Of a stretch of DNA of 64,000 nucleotides, positions 33,843 through 42,803 are shown piece after piece (the stretch's first letter is position 1; every line of letters begins with the position of its first letter). The stretch lies in sequence record NC_005083.2. One strand, 5' to 3'. A model generated the notes under the pieces. The model was given only the letters and a program-made list of their open reading frames with translations. It was not told where the DNA came from and searched no databases. Made by a program: the position numbers and the translations under genes.

Positions 33843-34465
33843 ACGCATATGACTTAGTAAGAAAAATGCAAAAGGTTGTTAACTCTTGCGAGACAATTGA
33901 ACAACTACGTAATGCAAGAAAGTATCTCATGCGCTGTCAAGACTATGCACTAGATGGTGGCAATGACAATTACATCACTACTATCATGGTAGAAGTTGAT
34001 GACTTAGATGAACGCATTACCAATAAGATCGTTGAGTTGTCTGATACTCGTGGCATGAACGCTATCGAAACTGGCATTATCAAAGTCGGCATTGATATTC
34101 ATGGAGTCATTGACCAATCACCAGAGTTCTTCGCGCTGTTAAGCAAACTACCAGTTGAAGTGCATATCATCACTGGCATTAAAGAAGAACTCGACACTGA
34201 TGTACCAGATGACTTAGAGTACGATCACTGGTTCTCGATCCATCAAGAGTGTGAAGATCGCGGCGTTGAAATCAAATACGACGAGAAAGGGCGCCCATGG
34301 GTCGATGATGAAATCTGGAACAACATGAAAGCTGAATACTGCCAAGAGAACAACATCAATATCATGATCGATGACTCACCAACGTATGCTAAAACATTCG
34401 AAGGTCTTGATACTTTCTATCTACAACTAACCAATACTGTTCGTGATGAATGGAGACGCAAATGA
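33839..34465 (+). CDS. Protein with C-terminal HAD-like domain
   Basis: VGIDIHGVID, HIITG, K...C, IMIDDSP. Confidence 0.7.
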   Translation: MNAYDLVRKMQKVVNSCETIEQLRNARKYLMRCQDYALDGGNDNYITTIMVEVDDLDERITNKIVELSDTRGMNAIETGIIKVGIDIHGVIDQSPEFFALLSKLPVEVHIITGIKEELDTDVPDDLEYDHWFSIHQECEDRGVEIKYDEKGRPWVDDEIWNNMKAEYCQENNINIMIDDSPTYAKTFEGLDTFYLQLTNTVRDEWRRK

Positions 34466-34647
34466 AATCATTCGGAATTATAGACCGTGAAGGCAGACAT
34501 CTACTTGAACTCGATGTTGACAATGAACTAAAAGTCATGGCAATCTTCTCTGAAATTGAAGATGCTCATCGTGTGCTGTACAAATTTGGCTTTGATAAGC
34601 AAGGCTTTCGCGTAATCGAACTAAAACCACTTGAGAAGAAAGTATGA
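34462..34647 (+). CDS. Hypothetical protein, 61 aa
   Basis: Coupled ORF. Confidence 0.75.
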   Translation: MKSFGIIDREGRHLLELDVDNELKVMAIFSEIEDAHRVLYKFGFDKQGFRVIELKPLEKKV

Positions 34648-34853
34648 ATGTAGCAAATGTAATGTCACAACACGCATCAATCCAATATGCGCTGATTGAA
34701 TATCTCAATGCACAATACGACGGCGAAGGTCATATCGAATATGCTGAATACTTCGAAGACATTCAAGCGTGGGAAGTTCAATACTATGATGGTGAGTTCT
34801 TACATGAGCTAACCGTTACTGCACAAGCAATTGAGACATGGATGAACAAATGA
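34644..34853 (+). CDS. Small acidic protein, paralog family A member 1
   Basis: Coupled ORF; pattern shared with the next two genes. Confidence 0.8.
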   Translation: MNVANVMSQHASIQYALIEYLNAQYDGEGHIEYAEYFEDIQAWEVQYYDGEFLHELTVTAQAIETWMNK

Positions 34854-35056
34854 TTGACCAAACAATGTCAGACTACAGTCGCATCATGAATGCAATCGAA
34901 GAATATTTGGACTTACGTTCTTATCAATACACTGATGTCATTCAATATGATAAAGAACGTAAAGGCTTTGATGTCGCGATTGTTGAAGAAACTGAAAACG
35001 GATCCGAATACCTAGATGTATTCGTGCCAAACGAAAGGCTAGAAACATTCCTATGA
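34850..35056 (+). CDS. Small acidic protein, paralog family A member 2
   Basis: Coupled ORF. Confidence 0.8.
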   Translation: MIDQTMSDYSRIMNAIEEYLDLRSYQYTDVIQYDKERKGFDVAIVEETENGSEYLDVFVPNERLETFL

Positions 35057-35286
35057 ATATAAACGATGTAATGATCTCACACGAGCAAATCATGAAGTCA
35101 TTGCATCGTGTCATAGAAAGTCGCACTGATAATCGCATTGTCGAAATCACTTACGATAAAGACAAAATGTATTTCATTGTGACTCTAAGCTCATCCGATG
35201 CCGTTGCTGATGAAATCTATCAATGGAACTGCGTAGTCACCAACGAAACAATAGTCAATCAAATGCACATGGAGAAGTTCAGATGA
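35053..35286 (+). CDS. Small protein, paralog family A member 3
   Basis: Coupled ORF. Confidence 0.8.
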   Translation: MNINDVMISHEQIMKSLHRVIESRTDNRIVEITYDKDKMYFIVTLSSSDAVADEIYQWNCVVTNETIVNQMHMEKFR

Positions 35287-35456
35287 AACTACCAGAATAC
35301 TTGAGCCACGTTACTGTAAAAGAAAACGTAATCATAATCGACTCAGCGCGAGATAAAGCGTTGGTCGTCGATTATCTAACCAATATCAAAGCACGATTCC
35401 ATATCGTCCAAAAGACGATTAGCCGCTGCGAAATCCACGTGAAGAGAACATCATGA
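35283..35456 (+). CDS. Hypothetical protein, 57 aa
   Basis: GGAG RBS, ATGA overlaps. Confidence 0.7.
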   Translation: MKLPEYLSHVTVKENVIIIDSARDKALVVDYLTNIKARFHIVQKTISRCEIHVKRTS

Positions 35457-35782
35457 AAGAACTACTGAACACACTGAATCAAGTTGAAACTCAAATCGCT
35501 AAACAGTTCGGTCTCGACCATCTATGGCACGGACTAGTAGACTGCACTAATAGCGTATTCGCTGCCGATAACGATGATCTACTAAAAGCACGTGAATTCC
35601 AATACGCTGATACAGAGAAAGCAATCACAGAAGGCGACTGCTATGGCATTGAAGTATACGGCACAAGCGTATGGCTATCAACTGATGGCAAATACGTATT
35701 GACTGTAGCTGATGACGGCTGTGGCAATCGAGACTTCTATATCTTTGATGCGTCTAAACACTCAGATTGCGAAATGTACTAA
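35453..35782 (+). CDS. Hypothetical acidic protein, 109 aa
   Basis: Coupled ORF. Confidence 0.8.
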   Translation: MKELLNTLNQVETQIAKQFGLDHLWHGLVDCTNSVFAADNDDLLKAREFQYADTEKAITEGDCYGIEVYGTSVWLSTDGKYVLTVADDGCGNRDFYIFDASKHSDCEMY

Positions 35783-35793
35783 AAAGTAATAAA

Positions 35794-35829
35794 AAAGGGT
35801 TGACAGATGTCAGCCCTTTCGCGTATTAT
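35794..35829 (+). promoter_or_regulatory. PeSL-like promoter/terminator cassette
   Basis: aaagggTTGAC-agat-gtcagcccttt; TATTAT 35824-35829. Confidence 0.85.
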
Positions 35830-35859
35830 ACACATATCAAATCAAGAAAGGAAAACATT

Positions 35860-36051
35860 ATGTTCATCGTAACTATGCTAGGCGCAGTAATGTTCATCAT
35901 TCTATTACTCGTGCTCGTAAACGAAATGCGCCCATTCATGACAGAAGAAAACAAAACAATGTCATTGACGTTCGGCGTAGCTATCAGCTTAATCAATCTG
36001 TTCTTTATTACAAAGTACGCAAGTCTATTCCAATTACTACTAGAGAAATAA
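35860..36051 (+). CDS. Small membrane protein, 63 aa
   Basis: Two TM; start moved from 35767. Confidence 0.75.
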   Translation: MFIVTMLGAVMFIILLLVLVNEMRPFMTEENKTMSLTFGVAISLINLFFITKYASLFQLLLEK

Positions 36052-36054
36052 ATC

Positions 36055-36210
36055 ATGTCACTAACAGCTATGCTTCTGATATTACTATGCTGTGCAATAC
36101 TAACTGGCATTAGTGTATTCAGCTTCATCAACAAACCAGGAATTTTTAGCTTACTGTTCTCATTCGTATTCGGCACTGTCTCTTATGTTATGCTAATGGC
36201 TATCGTATGA
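36055..36210 (+). CDS. Small membrane protein, 51 aa (hand-called)
   Basis: Almost entirely hydrophobic; GAGA RBS; ATGA overlap. Confidence 0.65.
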   Translation: MSLTAMLLILLCCAILTGISVFSFINKPGIFSLLFSFVFGTVSYVMLMAIV

Positions 36211-36542
36211 GCGCAATGCTAATGATGAAAATCGGTGTATCTCTAATGATATTCGGCATCGCGCTACTCGTGCTCGGCAATATCACTATATGGTATCTTA
36301 AACGTAGAGAGAAAACTATGAACCAAACAACTCAATCAATCCGCGCTATCTGTGTTGACAATCAATCAACTCGTATCGACAAACCAGAACCACCTACTGG
36401 CTTAACAGAAGGCAAAGAGTATGTCGTTCACATGTATAACGTAAACGAACATATCAATAAACCACCTATGATTCGTATCACTAACGATCTAGGTCAACGC
36501 GCAAGCTATGTCGCTTCTCGATTCAATCTAATAGTAGGATAA
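36207..36542 (+). CDS. Membrane-anchored protein, 111 aa
   Basis: N-terminal TM; a second in-frame start at MNQTTQ is possible. Confidence 0.7.
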   Translation: MSAMLMMKIGVSLMIFGIALLVLGNITIWYLKRREKTMNQTTQSIRAICVDNQSTRIDKPEPPTGLTEGKEYVVHMYNVNEHINKPPMIRITNDLGQRASYVASRFNLIVG

Positions 36543-36545
36543 CTC

Positions 36546-36713
36546 ATGTTTGTACTATCACTCTTAATGCTTATTCTCGTTGTATATCTGTTTGTAACCG
36601 ATAAAACAAACCGCACAATTCCTTTCATGATACTGCTAATAGCAACTGCGTTTAACTCTATCATACACTATTACCTCATGGATATTCTCTCATTGAGCGT
36701 TAGTCTATCGTAA
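36546..36713 (+). CDS. Small membrane protein, 55 aa (hand-called)
   Basis: AGGA RBS; two hydrophobic segments. Confidence 0.65.
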   Translation: MFVLSLLMLILVVYLFVTDKTNRTIPFMILLIATAFNSIIHYYLMDILSLSVSLS

Positions 36714-37110
36714 TAGCTTCTATCAGATAATACCTAAAAACCGCTTAGAATGCGATTCAGAGCGTGTCAGAGCATGGTACAGATACAATGCTTTTTAATA
36801 TATCGCACCATGCCTCGTTAAAATCATCCTGGTAAGGAAAACCGTGTAAAAAGCCAGTTGGTCAGATACGGTAAGTTACTGAAAAAACTTCGGAAATACA
36901 CGATTTTAAGCAGTTGAAAGACTATGCTGCAACACGTGTGTAATATAGTGAAAAAATCGGTGAACCCTCATCGGCTCCTGTGTAGTAAAATGCAGTTGCG
37001 GATGGTACTCGCCTTATGAAAATCTAAATCGCTTCGCATCTTTCCGCTTGACAGCCAATGCCATTCTGTGAGAGAATGAGAAGAGATTTGAACCGCCGAC
37101 GGAGGTAATT
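36714..37110. other. Largest non-coding gap; candidate replication origin
   Basis: About 400 bp with no credible ORF; AAC-rich to GTT-rich inversion across it; A tracts; GCATGGT/ACCATGC inverted repeat. Confidence 0.45.
37048..37077 (+). promoter_or_regulatory. sigma70-type promoter
   Basis: TTGACA, 18 bp, TGn-GAGAAT. Confidence 0.55.
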
Positions 37111-37257
37111 GTGATTACATTGGCGTTATTTTATATGAGTCGCGACATGCAATACAGTGAGCGACCAAGTGACTTGTATCTCGGTACATGTATTTTAGAC
37201 TTTGCATTAATCATTACGTTGTTCTGTGGTGTAATGATGTTCACGGGGAATTGGTAA
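37111..37257 (+). CDS. Small membrane protein, 48 aa (hand-called, GTG start)
   Basis: GGAGGT RBS; TAATG coupling to next gene. Confidence 0.65.
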   Translation: MITLALFYMSRDMQYSERPSDLYLGTCILDFALIITLFCGVMMFTGNW

Positions 37258-37565
37258 TGAGACGATTTAAACTTGGTAATCTCTTACGCGGTGGCTTTGC
37301 TGGTGATTTTGAGACGATAGAAGAAGCATGGGAGAAGCTTGGTTCACGCTTTCTACTGTCATTTCCGTGTGATGCATGGTCAAAAGAGCGTGGTGTTTAC
37401 ATCAATGAAGACGGCGGTCGGCATGTTTACATGTATGTAAAAGAAGAGAACAAGTATGGTCATCTTGATTGGGCTATGTGTAAAGGTGATGTGTTTTATA
37501 TGAAAGACCGTGTGACGGTTACTGCTGACGATTATGAATACTGTCGTGATGCTGAATTTTTCTAA
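37257..37565 (+). CDS. Hypothetical protein, 102 aa
   Basis: Start moved from 37188. Confidence 0.75.
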   Translation: MRRFKLGNLLRGGFAGDFETIEEAWEKLGSRFLLSFPCDAWSKERGVYINEDGGRHVYMYVKEENKYGHLDWAMCKGDVFYMKDRVTVTADDYEYCRDAEFF

Positions 37566-37574
37566 GGGTTAAAG

Positions 37575-38180
37575 ATGAAAAGAGTTGAGTTACACAAGAA
37601 AGTGGTAGACAAGCAAGCTGTTCTTCCAGATCATTCTCATGTGCAAGTTGAGACGTATTACCACACGTACAAGGGTTACATGAATTATCTAACTGGTTTG
37701 CGTGGTGTAGATGGTGATCAGTATCTGCTTGTTACAGATGATGGTCGTTTTGTTCGAGTAGAAGAGAAGCATCTAAACGGTCAAGAGCAGAAACAGCGCA
37801 AGATCAGTGGTGGTTTAATTGATGTACGAGCGCGTTTGCAACTGCCAGCGAAAGATTGGGATTGGTATGACTGTATCTGGCGTAATGGTAAGATTGTTTA
37901 CAAGTACCGCGAGACAGATTTCGTTACTGAAGAACACGAGTTAGTGGTTGGTGAGATAGTAGACATTTACGAGTCTAACGACTTTAATGGTGATTATCCG
38001 CATGATGCTACAGTGGTGTTATCTAGACCGAAGCAAATGGTACTTGAAGCATATGGTAAACTAGTAGTGTTTACAGTGCCGAAAGAGCCATGTGGTGATA
38101 GTTTAGTCTCTGATTGTGGTGATTATCGTATTGCTGGTAATTACGCCGCGAGTGAATACGACGAAGAACTGCATTCGTAA
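37575..38180 (+). CDS. Hypothetical protein, 201 aa
   Basis: AAGGG RBS, ORF. Confidence 0.85.
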   Translation: MKRVELHKKVVDKQAVLPDHSHVQVETYYHTYKGYMNYLTGLRGVDGDQYLLVTDDGRFVRVEEKHLNGQEQKQRKISGGLIDVRARLQLPAKDWDWYDCIWRNGKIVYKYRETDFVTEEHELVVGEIVDIYESNDFNGDYPHDATVVLSRPKQMVLEAYGKLVVFTVPKEPCGDSLVSDCGDYRIAGNYAASEYDEELHS

Positions 38181-38186
38181 TTGAAG

Positions 38187-38238
38187 AAAAGGGTTGACGC
38201 TTGTCAGCCCTTTCTTGTATTATCTCTATATCGAAACG
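38187..38238 (+). promoter_or_regulatory. PeSL-like promoter/terminator cassette
   Basis: gggTTGAC-gctt-gtcagccc-tttctt; TATTAT 38218-38223; ATCGAAACG. Confidence 0.85.
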
Positions 38239-38263
38239 ACATCGACTAACTAGAGAGAAAATT

Positions 38264-38620
38264 ATGTTTAACGCTACTACTGTTCTGAATCAACTAACTG
38301 CTTCAAACCATGGTCATTCACGTCTTGTTGCCATGACTGGTGCTAAGAATATCATGCAATCTGTAGAAAATCGTTTTGTTTCTTTCAAGTTGCCGAAAGC
38401 AGTACGTGGTATTAACTACGTGAAAATCACTCTGACTGACGCTGATTTGTATGATATTGAGTTTGGTAAGCAATCTAGCAAAGCTTGTCCAGACATGAAA
38501 GCAATTGGTATTAAAGTGATGATGCCGCATTACGCTCAGAAGAAAGTCGTAAATGGTGTATACAACGACATGCTAAAAGAGATTTTCGAGCAAGAAACTG
38601 GTCTTTATTTGTCACTTTAA
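38264..38620 (+). CDS. Hypothetical early protein, 118 aa
   Basis: Start moved from 38201. Confidence 0.85.
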   Translation: MFNATTVLNQLTASNHGHSRLVAMTGAKNIMQSVENRFVSFKLPKAVRGINYVKITLTDADLYDIEFGKQSSKACPDMKAIGIKVMMPHYAQKKVVNGVYNDMLKEIFEQETGLYLSL

Positions 38621-38623
38621 GCA

Positions 38624-38675
38624 AAAAGTGGTTGCATGGTGTAGCCACTTACTGTATTATCTCTATATCGAAACG
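38624..38675 (+). promoter_or_regulatory. PeSL-like promoter cassette
   Basis: agtggTTGC-atggt-gtagccact; TATTAT 38655-38660; ATCGAAACG. Confidence 0.85.
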
Positions 38676-38699
38676 AGAACGACTAACAGAGAGAACATT

Positions 38700-38981
38700 A
38701 TGTTTAACCAAGTAGAAAGCAAAATCCGTGAATTCAAGACACGCATCGAAGCTAACGAAGAGCCGACTATCGTATGGCCCGAGTTAGCAGAGTACATCGA
38801 AACGCTATTGAAATTCGCTGGTGTTACTATTGGTTGGGGTGATTTCAATGAAATGATTATTGAACATATCTCTAGTTGGGAAGATGTATCGTGGGAATAC
38901 ACTGAAGCGCGTTACCAGCCAAACAACATTGAGCTTGTGAAGTCTATTCTATTGCCATTTGCAGTGTTCAAAAACTACTAA
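38700..38981 (+). CDS. Hypothetical early protein, 93 aa
   Basis: Start moved from 38628. Confidence 0.85.
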   Translation: MFNQVESKIREFKTRIEANEEPTIVWPELAEYIETLLKFAGVTIGWGDFNEMIIEHISSWEDVSWEYTEARYQPNNIELVKSILLPFAVFKNY

Positions 38982-39004
38982 TTCGCCAAAAAAGAGAGAA
39001 AATT

Positions 39005-39394
39005 ATGCAAAATAACACCGAAATTCGCCGTGTAATCAGCGAAAAAGCACTTGAATTACGTCAAAACACCGAGATTTTGAGTGATGACGACTCTTACACG
39101 TGTCATATTCTTGAAGATCACGTTGCTGACACGCTTGGCGAGCATTGTCGCTTAGAAAGTATGCTTCTCATTCATGATCTTGGTATTGCTTTTTGTAAGC
39201 ATGTACGCGCTGAACCAGAAGCTGTTTTCGGTCGTGAATTGAATTCAACCACGGTTGAATACATCGACGAGATACTTACACACAAGCTTACTGCATTTGT
39301 ACATAGCATTTCGCGTTCATTTGACGATGACGAAGGTATTGAGTTTGCAGATGTGCGTAAAGCATGGTTAAAATTCTTGATTAATTCACTATAA
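39005..39394 (+). CDS. Hypothetical protein, paralog of 39731..40144
   Basis: AFVHSISRSF...RKAWLKFL. Confidence 0.85.
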   Translation: MQNNTEIRRVISEKALELRQNTEILSDDDSYTCHILEDHVADTLGEHCRLESMLLIHDLGIAFCKHVRAEPEAVFGRELNSTTVEYIDEILTHKLTAFVHSISRSFDDDEGIEFADVRKAWLKFLINSL

Positions 39395-39400
39395 AGTGCA

Positions 39401-39452
39401 AAAAGTGGTTGCGTGCTGTAGCCACTTTCTGTATTATCTCTATATCGAAACG
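39401..39452 (+). promoter_or_regulatory. PeSL-like promoter cassette (near-copy of 38624)
   Basis: agtggTTGC-gtgct-gtagccact; TATTAT 39432-39437; ATCGAAACG. Confidence 0.85.
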
Positions 39453-39470
39453 AGATACAGAGAGAACATT

Positions 39471-39719
39471 ATGAACTTAATCACACGCAGCAAAATCAAT
39501 CACGATTCACTTTGGCTTAAAATCATTGCTTCTGACAAGAGCGAAGTAAAGCTATTCATCGGTCGTACTGGTGTAAAAATCAGTCACAAAACGACTGCTG
39601 CTTCAGCTACTGTTATTCGTGAAGTTGCGAACAACGTAAACAAAATGTTCAATGAGCTATACAAGAGTGGTTTGCCTTACGGTCAAATCATTGAGAAAAT
39701 CGAAGCCGCTTACAAATAA
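39471..39719 (+). CDS. Hypothetical early protein, 82 aa
   Basis: Start moved from 39396. Confidence 0.85.
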   Translation: MNLITRSKINHDSLWLKIIASDKSEVKLFIGRTGVKISHKTTAASATVIREVANNVNKMFNELYKSGLPYGQIIEKIEAAYK

Positions 39720-39730
39720 GGGATAAAAAT

Positions 39731-40144
39731 ATGTCTTACAATGTCGTGCCAGTTATTAAGAAAACAGCTTTAGCCATGTCTGAAGACGATTCACTCTTAC
39801 GTGACACGTTCGCGTATAGCTGCTGTGTCGTCTGTGATAAGGCAGCACTTGAAATCGACGATGAATTGCCAGAGAGTGATTATGCCGTAATCTGGACAAC
39901 TTGCAATCGCTTTGTTGAAAAAGCAGGTGAAGCGTTCTTGCGTCGAGTAATTGCCGATACCAAGTCTGTCCTTGGCTTTGATATACCGCAATTGGTTAAA
40001 AACGAGATTCTAGAAGATCTTGAATACGATATGGTTGGTGCTTTTGTTCATACACTAGCGCGTTCATACGGGCCGTTGAATGAAGAGCATTTTGTACTTG
40101 CTCGTAAAGCATGGCTGCAATTTTTATCAAAATATGAGGGTTAG
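39731..40144 (+). CDS. Hypothetical protein, paralog of 39005..39394
   Basis: AFVHTLARSY...RKAWLQFL. Confidence 0.85.
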   Translation: MSYNVVPVIKKTALAMSEDDSLLRDTFAYSCCVVCDKAALEIDDELPESDYAVIWTTCNRFVEKAGEAFLRRVIADTKSVLGFDIPQLVKNEILEDLEYDMVGAFVHTLARSYGPLNEEHFVLARKAWLQFLSKYEG

Positions 40145-40146
40145 AA

Positions 40147-40497
40147 ATGACTTTAGCTGAATTAGCAGTAGACCATCCGTATTACTGTGCTGACTGTAAT
40201 TACTACAGTCGCGAAGCTGGTGCAACTTACGACACAATGAAAGAGTTTTTAGACGAGTTCGAAGACGCTGACGTTGACTACAACCTTGTTTTTCGTTGGG
40301 ATGTAAAGCCGATTTTAGACGATGAACACGACAAGCCAACTGGTGAGTTTTACGCTGAAGTCTTTATCATGCAGCAACGCAAAGGTATTTTCGCGCCGTT
40401 TTACATTCGTTCTATTACGGAAGATGACGTGCCGCGTTTTGTCGAGTACTTGAAGCCGCATAAAGAACGTCTTGAGCAAATCTGGATGCCGCTATGA
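40147..40497 (+). CDS. Hypothetical acidic protein, 116 aa
   Basis: GAGG RBS; HPYYC..CNY motif. Confidence 0.85.
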   Translation: MTLAELAVDHPYYCADCNYYSREAGATYDTMKEFLDEFEDADVDYNLVFRWDVKPILDDEHDKPTGEFYAEVFIMQQRKGIFAPFYIRSITEDDVPRFVEYLKPHKERLEQIWMPL

Positions 40498-40742
40498 TTC
40501 TGAATATCTTAATGTGGTACTTCGGGATTGCACTTGTGTACTTTCTTTACTGTGAAGCACACGACTGGATTTTGTACTTCAAGAACGGTCGTCGTGCAGA
40601 CAACAAGTTCCCGATTACACACTCTGGCACTCATACGCTTTATTTGTTTATGGGTTTATTATGGTTCCCTTTGATGTTACTTTTGTTAAAGTGTGAACTT
40701 GAACTGCGTTTTAAAATGGTGAAACTATGGCTGAAGAAGTAA
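40494..40742 (+). CDS. Membrane protein, 82 aa
   Basis: Two TM; coupled. Confidence 0.75.
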   Translation: MILNILMWYFGIALVYFLYCEAHDWILYFKNGRRADNKFPITHSGTHTLYLFMGLLWFPLMLLLLKCELELRFKMVKLWLKK

Positions 40743-41038
40743 AAGACTATGACCGCGCTGTTGTCGTGATCAACTATAAGAGTGGTAGAGCCGTTGCGTT
40801 TTGGGTTTATTCCTTTACGCATGAAGAAACGATGCGTGGCGCGTCTGTTGAGTGGCATTCAGCGACCAATCCGCTTGATGAAAAAGAGAGTAATGAACTT
40901 CGTGAGCGTTTAGCACGTCAGAACATTGCATTGTTAGAAGACCCAGTTCGACTCGCTACCGACGTTTCAGACATTGAAAGTATCTGGGTAGCAGAGCGTT
41001 ATCTAGGTCAAGATGGGGAAATTCCAGAAGATGAGTGA
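40727..41038 (+). CDS. Hypothetical protein, 103 aa
   Basis: GGTG RBS. Confidence 0.8.
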   Translation: MAEEVKDYDRAVVVINYKSGRAVAFWVYSFTHEETMRGASVEWHSATNPLDEKESNELRERLARQNIALLEDPVRLATDVSDIESIWVAERYLGQDGEIPEDE

Positions 41039-41261
41039 TTTAATTGCAGGTATTGTCGGCGTGTTCGTCGTCCTTTTCATGGCAATTGTCGGTCTAGTGT
41101 GGTCGATTATTGAGTTTATCATTGGTGTGCTTGTGCTACTAGGGGCAGTAGTAGTGGGTATTATCGCGACTGTACTAGGCGCTGCAATTGCAACGATTGC
41201 ATGGCCATTTGTAGAAGCGCGAAAAGCTTACAAAGAACACCGTCGCAAGAAGAATGATTAA
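41031..41261 (+). CDS. Membrane protein, 76 aa
   Basis: Long hydrophobic stretch, basic tail. Confidence 0.75.
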   Translation: MSDLIAGIVGVFVVLFMAIVGLVWSIIEFIIGVLVLLGAVVVGIIATVLGAAIATIAWPFVEARKAYKEHRRKKND

Positions 41262-41574
41262 TCTAAGATCATTGATTGCCAGAGTCAAACAAGAACGTGA
41301 TGGCCCCGTAATGGATGAATGTCGCTGTACTGTATGTCATAAAGACTTTGCAGTTACAGATTGCATTCATGATTACGGGCATCATGACGGTTGGGAAATG
41401 CCGCCTTATACTGAAATTCAATGTCCCGAATGTGAATGTGGCGGTTGTATTGAAGATTTCTGGTCGAGCGATAAAGCCGTTCTTGAATATGGTGAATATC
41501 TTCAAGAGCACGAATCGAGTCGATTTGAAGAATACAAGTCGTATTTCCCAGATGTGTATGGAGAGACAAAATGA
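41254..41574 (+). CDS. Zn-finger protein, 106 aa
   Basis: CTVC...CPECECGGC. Confidence 0.8.
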   Translation: MINLRSLIARVKQERDGPVMDECRCTVCHKDFAVTDCIHDYGHHDGWEMPPYTEIQCPECECGGCIEDFWSSDKAVLEYGEYLQEHESSRFEEYKSYFPDVYGETK

Positions 41575-42005
41575 TTTACCGTTTCTGGAAAACACCCGAT
41601 AATATCTGTCTCATTGAAATGACAGACGACCATGCCAACGAAGGCACACGAGCTTACATGACCGATATGCATGATCTATACAATGAAAATCATGGTCGTT
41701 ATATGCTTCTTGGTAACGTTCATTCTTGGGGTACGATTGACTTCACCACTTACGATATCCGTGAGTTACGTTGTCTCGGTTCGATTGAAACTGAAGAACT
41801 GACGCTTTCGGCACAAGATAAATCAGTCTTGTCTCGGACGGTTGGTAAAGAAGGGTTCGATTACGCCATGTTGCATTACAGCGATTACCAGTCTGTAGAG
41901 TATAATGTCGTCGAGTCAAGAGAGTTTCACGCGCTGAGAAACAACTTGATTAACGCACGAACTGAACTCGAAACGTGGTTACAGCTACAAGGGATAGTAG
42001 AATGA
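41571..42005 (+). CDS. Hypothetical protein, 144 aa
   Basis: GGAG RBS; coupled. Confidence 0.85.
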   Translation: MIYRFWKTPDNICLIEMTDDHANEGTRAYMTDMHDLYNENHGRYMLLGNVHSWGTIDFTTYDIRELRCLGSIETEELTLSAQDKSVLSRTVGKEGFDYAMLHYSDYQSVEYNVVESREFHALRNNLINARTELETWLQLQGIVE

Positions 42006-42187
42006 ACGTAGGTGATGTTGTTAAAGTCACTGCTGCGCCAGCTAGTCGTTATCACAACATCGACGGTCAGCCAGTGACTATAATTGCAATTACTGAACAT
42101 GACAACAAGCCGTTGTACGTGTTCTTTCATGGCGGTCAGAACGGCACTGGTTATGGTGCAATGCAAGAACACGGGTTTAAACGATGA
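42002..42187 (+). CDS. Small SH3-like hypothetical protein, 61 aa
   Basis: MNVGDVVKV...; coupled. Confidence 0.7.
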   Translation: MNVGDVVKVTAAPASRYHNIDGQPVTIIAITEHDNKPLYVFFHGGQNGTGYGAMQEHGFKR

Positions 42188-42339
42188 ACAAAATGTACGC
42201 CGTCCGTTCTTCTCTATACGGGTTGTTATGGAAAGTCGTTATCTTCGCGGACAACTACGACCGCAGAACTGTTTCATATCATTTCACTTACAACGGGGCT
42301 TATGAGCTTTGTCGTAAGCTAAACGAGGAAAGGCAATGA
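42184..42339 (+). CDS. Hypothetical protein, 51 aa (hand-called)
   Basis: ATGA overlaps at both ends. Confidence 0.65.
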   Translation: MNKMYAVRSSLYGLLWKVVIFADNYDRRTVSYHFTYNGAYELCRKLNEERQ

Positions 42340-42803
42340 TACAGGTACAACAAGTTTCACTAGACATTGACCAATGGCTTGAATATGCTTTGCAGAAATT
42401 CGAAGACGCGAAATCGCAATATCTCAAAGCCGTTGCTAAAGCGAATGCATTCTCATGGGAGAAAGAAGAACCAGTTCTGGTGAAAACGTTCTTCATGGAA
42501 TACGGCGGTGAAAGCGATCCTCGTTATCTGCTTGAGTTCTGGTCTGAAGTCAATGCATATATTGACGAGCACACGAGCGACAACTGGCAGTTTTGCTATA
42601 TTGAAGAAAACGAGTATGACGCCAACGATGACCCGTATGAAGATTATGAAATGCTATCGACTTCTATTGCAGTATATGCAACGGTCAAAGGCGACGATTA
42701 CACGCAGTCTGAAGAGTATCGAGCATTGAAAGATGACGTTGATCTCTGTCTAGAGCATCTATTAGAATGCAAGGAAAATTTCAAACGGGAGTTTAACAAA
42801 TGA
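42336..42803 (+). CDS. Acidic hypothetical protein, 155 aa
   Basis: GAGGA RBS; D/E-rich. Confidence 0.85.
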   Translation: MIQVQQVSLDIDQWLEYALQKFEDAKSQYLKAVAKANAFSWEKEEPVLVKTFFMEYGGESDPRYLLEFWSEVNAYIDEHTSDNWQFCYIEENEYDANDDPYEDYEMLSTSIAVYATVKGDDYTQSEEYRALKDDVDLCLEHLLECKENFKREFNK

